DNA of 64,000 nucleotides from Candidatus Desulfobacillus denitrificans (GTDB lineage Bacteria; Pseudomonadota; Gammaproteobacteria; Burkholderiales; Rhodocyclaceae): NCBI GenBank assembly GCA_017347485.1, contig AP021857.1, positions 1,219,390 to 1,283,389 of the forward strand, read 5' to 3'. Shown piece by piece: positions 58,740 to 64,000 of this stretch (position 1 is its first letter; each line of letters starts with the position of its first letter). The notes under the pieces were generated by a model. It saw only the letters and a program-made list of their open reading frames with translations, ran no database searches and was not told where the DNA came from. The position numbers and the translations under genes were made by a program.

Positions 58740-58830
58740 AACACAGCGTTCGCAGAGGCACAGAGAACACGGAGAAATTCGACTCAAAAATCTCTGTGTC
58801 CTCTGTGCCTCGGTGTTCTCCGTGTTGAAT
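58740..58830. repeat. ACAGAG/CTCTGT-type imperfect palindrome
   Basis: AACAC..GCAGAGGCACAGAGAACACGGAGA...TCTCTGTGTCCTCTGTGCCTCGGTGTT; AT-richer than flanks. Confidence 0.75.
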
Positions 58831-58840
58831 GTGTTTGGCT

Positions 58841-59524
58841 TTATCCACCGCCGCTCCTTTTGTCCTCGACGACTTCGCCGTCGACCAGGCGGATGCGGCG
58901 CTGCGCCCGCGCGCCGATCTCCGGGTCGTGGGTGACGACGGCGACGGTGCCGCCCTCGTGGTGCACGCGCTCGAGCACCGCCATCACTTCCTGGCCGGTG
59001 TGGCGGTCGAGGTTGCCGGTCGGCTCGTCGGCGAGGATCAGCGTCGGCCCCATCGACAAGGCGCGGGCGATGGCGACGCGCTGGCACTGGCCGCCGGAGA
59101 GCTGGTCGGGGCGGTGGCCGGCGCGGTCCTCCAGGCCGTACTCGGCGAGCAGCCGGTCGAGGCGCCGCCGCCGCTCGGCCGGCTCGATGCCGGCGAGCAC
59201 CATCGGCAGCTCGATGTTCTGCTCGGCGGTGAGCCGCGGCACGAGGTGGAAGAACTGGAAGACGAAGCCGATGGCCTCGCGCCGCACGCGCGCCAGCTCG
59301 TCGTCGGCGAGGCCGGTGACGTCGCGGCCGTTCAGCTCGTAACGGCCGGCGTTGGGCCGGTCGAGGAGCCCCAGCACGTTGAGCAGGGTGGACTTGCCCG
59401 AGCCCGACGGCCCCATGATGGAGAGGTACTCGCCCTGGGCGATGTCGAGGCTGACGCCGCGCAGGGCATGCACCTCCTCGCCGCCGACGCGGAAGACGCG
59501 CTCGATGCCGGTGAGGCGGATCAA
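58841..59524 (-). CDS. ABC transporter ATP-binding protein (LolD/MacB type)
   Basis: GPSGSGKST, LSGGQCQR, LADEPTGNLD, VTHD. Confidence 0.96.
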   Translation of the reverse strand: MIRLTGIERVFRVGGEEVHALRGVSLDIAQGEYLSIMGPSGSGKSTLLNVLGLLDRPNAGRYELNGRDVTGLADDELARVRREAIGFVFQFFHLVPRLTAEQNIELPMVLAGIEPAERRRRLDRLLAEYGLEDRAGHRPDQLSGGQCQRVAIARALSMGPTLILADEPTGNLDRHTGQEVMAVLERVHHEGGTVAVVTHDPEIGARAQRRIRLVDGEVVEDKRSGGG

Positions 59525-59529
59525 GCTTT

Positions 59530-59619
59530 CCCCTCTCCCCAGCCCTCTCCCCGCAAGCGGGGCGAGGGAGCCGGTTTGCTCCCCTCTCCCGCTCGCGGGA
59601 GAGGGGTCGGGGGAGAGGG
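59530..59619. repeat. CCCTCTCCC-type double-hairpin repeat, copy 3 (solo)
   Basis: First 39 nt identical to copies 1 and 2. Confidence 0.9.
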
Positions 59620-59630
59620 CCGGGCGCCGC

Positions 59631-60802
59631 TCATGGCTTCTTGGCGGCGGGTTTTTCCTCGGCGACCGCGCGGACGCCGGCCTTGACGCCGGCGCGCTCC
59701 AGCGAGGTGACGACGCGGTCGCCGCGGGCGAGGCCGCCCTTCGCCTCGGTGAATTCCCAGTTGCTGAGGCCGGCCTCGACCTTGCGCTCCTCGAGCACGC
59801 CGCCCTCCGTCAGCACCAGCACGCGGCTGCCGGGCATCAGCGCCGAGGTGGGGATGCGCAGCACGTCGTCGCGGGCGTCGACCACCACCTCGATGTCGGC
59901 GCTGTAGCCGACCAGCAGATGGCGGATCTCGGCGGGCGACTCGAAGTCCACCTCGACCTCGACGGTGCGCGCCTGCTTCTCCAGCGCCAGCACGTAGGGG
60001 GCGATGCGCCGCACCTTGCCGGTGAAGTGCTTGCCGCGATAGGCGTCGAGGCTGATGCGGCCGGCCATGCCGACCCTGAGCTGGGCGGCATCCACCTCGT
60101 CGATGGGCGCCGTGACGTAGAGGCAGGCGTCGTCGATGAGGTCGATCGCCGGCAGCGTCGGGATGCCGGGCGGCGAGGGCGTCAGGTATTCGCCGACCTC
60201 GCCGTTCACCTCGGCGACGATGCCGTCGAAGGGCGCCTTGACCACGGTGCGCGCGGTGTCGGCGCGCGAGGCGCCGATGCGCGCCTGCGCCTCCTGCACC
60301 TGGGCGCGGGCCGAGTCGCAGCCGGCCTGCCGCGCCTTGGCCTCGCTCTCGGCCTGGTCGACGCGTTCCTCGGAGACGAAGCCCTTGGCGCGCAGGGCCC
60401 GCGTGCGCTCGGCGTTGCGGCGCGCGTTGTCGGCGACCAGGCAGGCTTCGCGCACGTGCGCCTGCGCCGTGGCGCGCTGCTCGAGCGAGATGCGCTCGCG
60501 CGCGGCGAGGTCGTCGTTCCACAGCTCGACCAGCACCTGGCCGGCCTTGACGCGGTCGCCCTCGCGCACCAGCAGCTTGTCGATGCGCCCGCCCATCGGC
60601 GGCGCCAGCTTGGCGCGGCGGCAGGCGGCGACCGAGCCGGCGCGCGTGTTGGCGACGGTGGTTTCGACGCGGCCGGGCTCGGCGGCGGCGACGGTGACGG
60701 CGATGGGCTTCGGCCGCGTCAGGGAGAAAGTCAGTCCCGCCAGCACGGCGAGGACGACGGCGGCGATGAGGAGGTTGCGCAGCAGGGTTGGAGGGCGGGT
60801 CA

Positions 60803-60803
<1 letters not shown>
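59631..60803 (-). CDS. Efflux periplasmic adaptor (MacA/HlyD family)
   Basis: N-terminal TM, biotinyl-lipoyl GGRIDKLLVREGDRVKAGQ, KAPFDGIV, IDEVDA. Confidence 0.92.
60727..60750 (+). repeat. Bipartite motif, perfect, in the adaptor N-terminal TM
   Basis: AAAGTCAGTC CCGCCAGC ACGGCG; antisense, encodes AVLAGLTF. Confidence 0.9.
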
Positions 60804-61509
<706 letters not shown>

Positions 61510-62334
61510 TTATAGCGGATCAGGCGATCCCTGGCAATGCGCTCGGGCGATGAAGCCCCTCAAGGCATCGAGCACGGCGTCGGGGTATTCGGCCATGAGG
61601 GCGTGGCCGCTGCCCTCGATGGTGGCGATGCGCGCGTCCTTCATGGCGGCGGCGAGCTGGGGCGCGCCGCGCGGGCTGGTCATCAGGTCGCGGCTGCCGA
61701 CGACGAGCAGCGCCGGGCACTGCGCGGCGGCGGCGGCCGCCATGCCGCCCCGGTATTCGTTGCAGGCGTTGAGGTCGTTGAACAGCACGCCGTCGCCGGC
61801 GCGCTCCATCAGGCGCAGGCTGGCGCCCATCATCCATTGGCCGGGGACGGTATTGCCGCCGATGGCGCCGCGCGGGCCGTGCGACCAGACGTTCACCATG
61901 CCCTCCGCCTTCGGCCGTGCCTCGCGCGCGGCGGCGAGCAGGGCCTCCGAGACGGGCATCGGCACGGCGGTGCCGACGAGGGCGATCTTCGAAATCCGCC
62001 CCGCGAAGCGCGCGGCGGCTTCCAGGCTGATCAGCGAGCCCATGCTGTGGCCGACCAGCGCCGCCTGCTTCACGCCGGCGGCGTCGAGCAGGGCGGCGAT
62101 CCAGTCGGCCTGCGCCTCCACCGTCGGCAGCAGCGCTCCCGCCGAGCGGCCGTGGCCGGGCAGGTCGACCGCCAGCACGCAAAAGCCGTGGTGGGCGAAC
62201 CAGCGGCTTTGCAGGTTCCAGACGCTGTGGTCGTTCTCGGCGCCGTGGATGAAGACGACGGCGGGCAGGGCGGGATCGAAGGGCTTGCCGCCAGTGTAGG
62301 CGTAGGCTTTCGCGCCTTTGACTTCTAATTCCAT
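61510..62334 (-). CDS. Alpha/beta fold hydrolase
   Basis: FIHGA, VDLPGHGRS, GHSMGS, GSGHALM. Confidence 0.9.
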   Translation of the reverse strand: MELEVKGAKAYAYTGGKPFDPALPAVVFIHGAENDHSVWNLQSRWFAHHGFCVLAVDLPGHGRSAGALLPTVEAQADWIAALLDAAGVKQAALVGHSMGSLISLEAAARFAGRISKIALVGTAVPMPVSEALLAAAREARPKAEGMVNVWSHGPRGAIGGNTVPGQWMMGASLRLMERAGDGVLFNDLNACNEYRGGMAAAAAAQCPALLVVGSRDLMTSPRGAPQLAAAMKDARIATIEGSGHALMAEYPDAVLDALRGFIARAHCQGSPDPL

Positions 62335-62336
62335 GA

Positions 62337-63632
62337 TCAGGCTTTCTGGGAAGCGCGCAGGCCGGCGTCGAGGTCGGCGATGAGATCGTCCGCATCCTCC
62401 AGCCCGATCGACAGGCGCACCGTGCCCTCGTGGATGCCGGCGGCGCGCAGGGCCGCGTCGGACATGCGGAAGTGGGTGGTGCTGGCCGGGTGGATGACCA
62501 GGCTCTTGGCGTCGCCGACGTTGGCGAGGTGCGAGAAGACGCGCAGCGCCTCGATGAATTTCCTGCCGGCGGGCCGTCCGCCCTTCAGCACGAAGCTGAA
62601 CACCGAGCCGCAGCCCTTCGGCAGCAGCCGCTGCGCCAGGGCGTGGTCGGGATGGCTCTCCAGCCCGGGATAGGAAACGGCTTCCACCGCCGCGTGGCCG
62701 GCGAGGTGGGCGACGACCTTGCGCGTGTTGTCGACGTGGCGCTGCATGCGCAGCGGCAGCGTCTCCAGGCCCTGCAGCAGCTGGAAGGCGGTCATCGGGC
62801 TCATGCAGGCGCCGAAATCGCGCAGGCCCTCGCGCCGCGCCCGCAGCAGGAAGGCGGCGACGGTGGACTCCTCGGCGAAATCCATGCCGTGGAAGCCCGC
62901 GTAGGGCTCGGTCAGGGTCGGGAATTTGCCGGATTTCTCCCAGTCGAATTTCCCGCCGTCGACGAGCAGGCCGCCGATGGCCACGCCGTGGCCGCCGAGA
63001 AACTTCGTCGCCGAGTGGAAGACGAGGTCGGCGCCGAGCTCGAAGGGGCGCATCAGATACGGCGTGGTGAAGGTCGCGTCCACCAGCAGCGGCAGGGCGG
63101 CGTCGTGGGCGATCGCGGCCACGCCCGGCACGTCGAGCACGTCCAGCCCGGGATTGCCCAGCGTCTCGCCGAGCAGCAGGCGGGTGTTCGGCCGGATCGC
63201 GGCGCGCCAGGCGCCGAGCTCGCGCGGGTCGACGAAGGTGGTCTCGATGCCGAAGCGAGGCAGGGTGTATTCGAGCAGGTTGTGCGAGCCGCCGTAGAGC
63301 GCGCGCGAGGCGACGATGTGGCCGCCGGCGCCCATCAGCGTGACGATGGCCAGATGCAGCGCCGCCTGGCCGGAGGCCGTGGCGATGGCGCCGACGCCGC
63401 CTTCCAGCGCGGCGATGCGCTCCTCCAGCACGGCGTTGGTCGGGTTCGAGATGCGCGAGTAGACATGGCCGGCGCGCTCCATGTTGAAGAGGGCGGCGGC
63501 CTGTTCGGTGTCCTTGAAGACGAAGCTGGTGGTGAGGTAGATCGGCGCGGCGCGGGCGCCGAATTGCGCGTCCGGCTGCTGGCCGGCGTGCAGGCTCAGG
63601 GTGTCGAACTGGTAGGCGCTGGATTTGCTCAT
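62337..63632 (-). CDS. metY: O-acetylhomoserine aminocarboxypropyltransferase (MetY/Cys-Met PLP family)
   Basis: YSRISNPT, ASGQAA, HSATKFLGGHG, HLANVGDAKSLVIHPASTTH. Confidence 0.9.
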   Translation of the reverse strand: MSKSSAYQFDTLSLHAGQQPDAQFGARAAPIYLTTSFVFKDTEQAAALFNMERAGHVYSRISNPTNAVLEERIAALEGGVGAIATASGQAALHLAIVTLMGAGGHIVASRALYGGSHNLLEYTLPRFGIETTFVDPRELGAWRAAIRPNTRLLLGETLGNPGLDVLDVPGVAAIAHDAALPLLVDATFTTPYLMRPFELGADLVFHSATKFLGGHGVAIGGLLVDGGKFDWEKSGKFPTLTEPYAGFHGMDFAEESTVAAFLLRARREGLRDFGACMSPMTAFQLLQGLETLPLRMQRHVDNTRKVVAHLAGHAAVEAVSYPGLESHPDHALAQRLLPKGCGSVFSFVLKGGRPAGRKFIEALRVFSHLANVGDAKSLVIHPASTTHFRMSDAALRAAGIHEGTVRLSIGLEDADDLIADLDAGLRASQKA

Positions 63633-63699
63633 GGACGTGTCCGGATCGGGAAGCCCGCTATGGTATGCGGCGCCGAAGCGAAAGACAATCGCGGCGGCG

Positions 63700-64000
63700 T
63701 CATTTCTCCGTCTGCGCGAGGACGCCGTCCCAGTCCGCCGGCGGGGGTTGCCCGATGAATTCCTCGCAGCGCATGGCGAAGAAGGCGGCCGGGCCGTCGT
63801 CGGGCTGGCGCGCCAGCGCTTCGCGGAACAGGCGCAGCGCGTCGTCGAAGCGGCGCGCCTGGTAGAGCGCCATCGCCTGCGCGAAGCGTTCGAGGCTTTC
63901 CTGCCGCGGCAGGCCGAGCGCCTCCCGCCGGCCGGCCAGCTCGAATATCTCGAGCGGCTCGGCGCGGCCCTTCAGGCGCACGCTGCCCAGCGCGCGGAAG
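63700..64000 (-). CDS. 3' end of an adenylate/guanylate cyclase-domain protein with a C-terminal TPR; 5'-truncated by window edge
   Basis: VRLKGRAEPLEIFEL cyclase end followed by YQARRFDDA...WDGV. Confidence 0.75.
   Translation of the reverse strand, partial: FRALGSVRLKGRAEPLEIFELAGRREALGLPRQESLERFAQAMALYQARRFDDALRLFREALARQPDDGPAAFFAMRCEEFIGQPPPADWDGVLAQTEK

Noticed and set aside
63633-63699. SAM/SAH riboswitch upstream of metY
   Set aside because: The spacer is only about 67 bp and shows no recognisable riboswitch core.

Overview
GC-rich (roughly 68% by eye) betaproteobacterial chromosome segment; a Rhodocyclales/Sterolibacteriaceae-like origin is inferred from gene content. The left half is housekeeping: eno-ftsB, the glycine cleavage operon with a tandem glycine riboswitch, trpS-scpAB-rluB, rimP-nusA-infB-rbfA-truB-rpsO-pnp, dksA, three tRNAs, parE-parC, dgkA and galE. 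The middle is an anaerobic aromatic-catabolism region: korAB plus an Alvin-type ferredoxin, lldD, an ADP-forming acyl-CoA ligase-like gene, a thioesterase, paaK, padCDEFGHI without padB, and iorAB with a disrupted junction. The right part holds small transport/sulfur genes, a MacAB-like ABC operon, a Phd-PIN toxin-antitoxin pair, metY and the 3' end of an adenylate cyclase. The strongest signal that the genes do not explain is a dispersed bipartite 24-bp motif, AAAGTCAGTC-N8-ACGGCG. I found 12 perfect and 4 near-perfect copies by manual reading, on both strands, mostly inside genes and in five different reading frames. This resembles a DNA-uptake or chromosome-marking signal. Three other features stand out. 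First, an integrase-less integron gene cassette with a canonical attC carries Rap1a-like immunity genes. Second, a DUF559 nuclease is flanked by palindromic repeats. Third, palindromic insertions sit exactly on ATGA stop/start overlaps and keep the operons translationally coupled. All counts and alignments were done by eye; no database searches were run.
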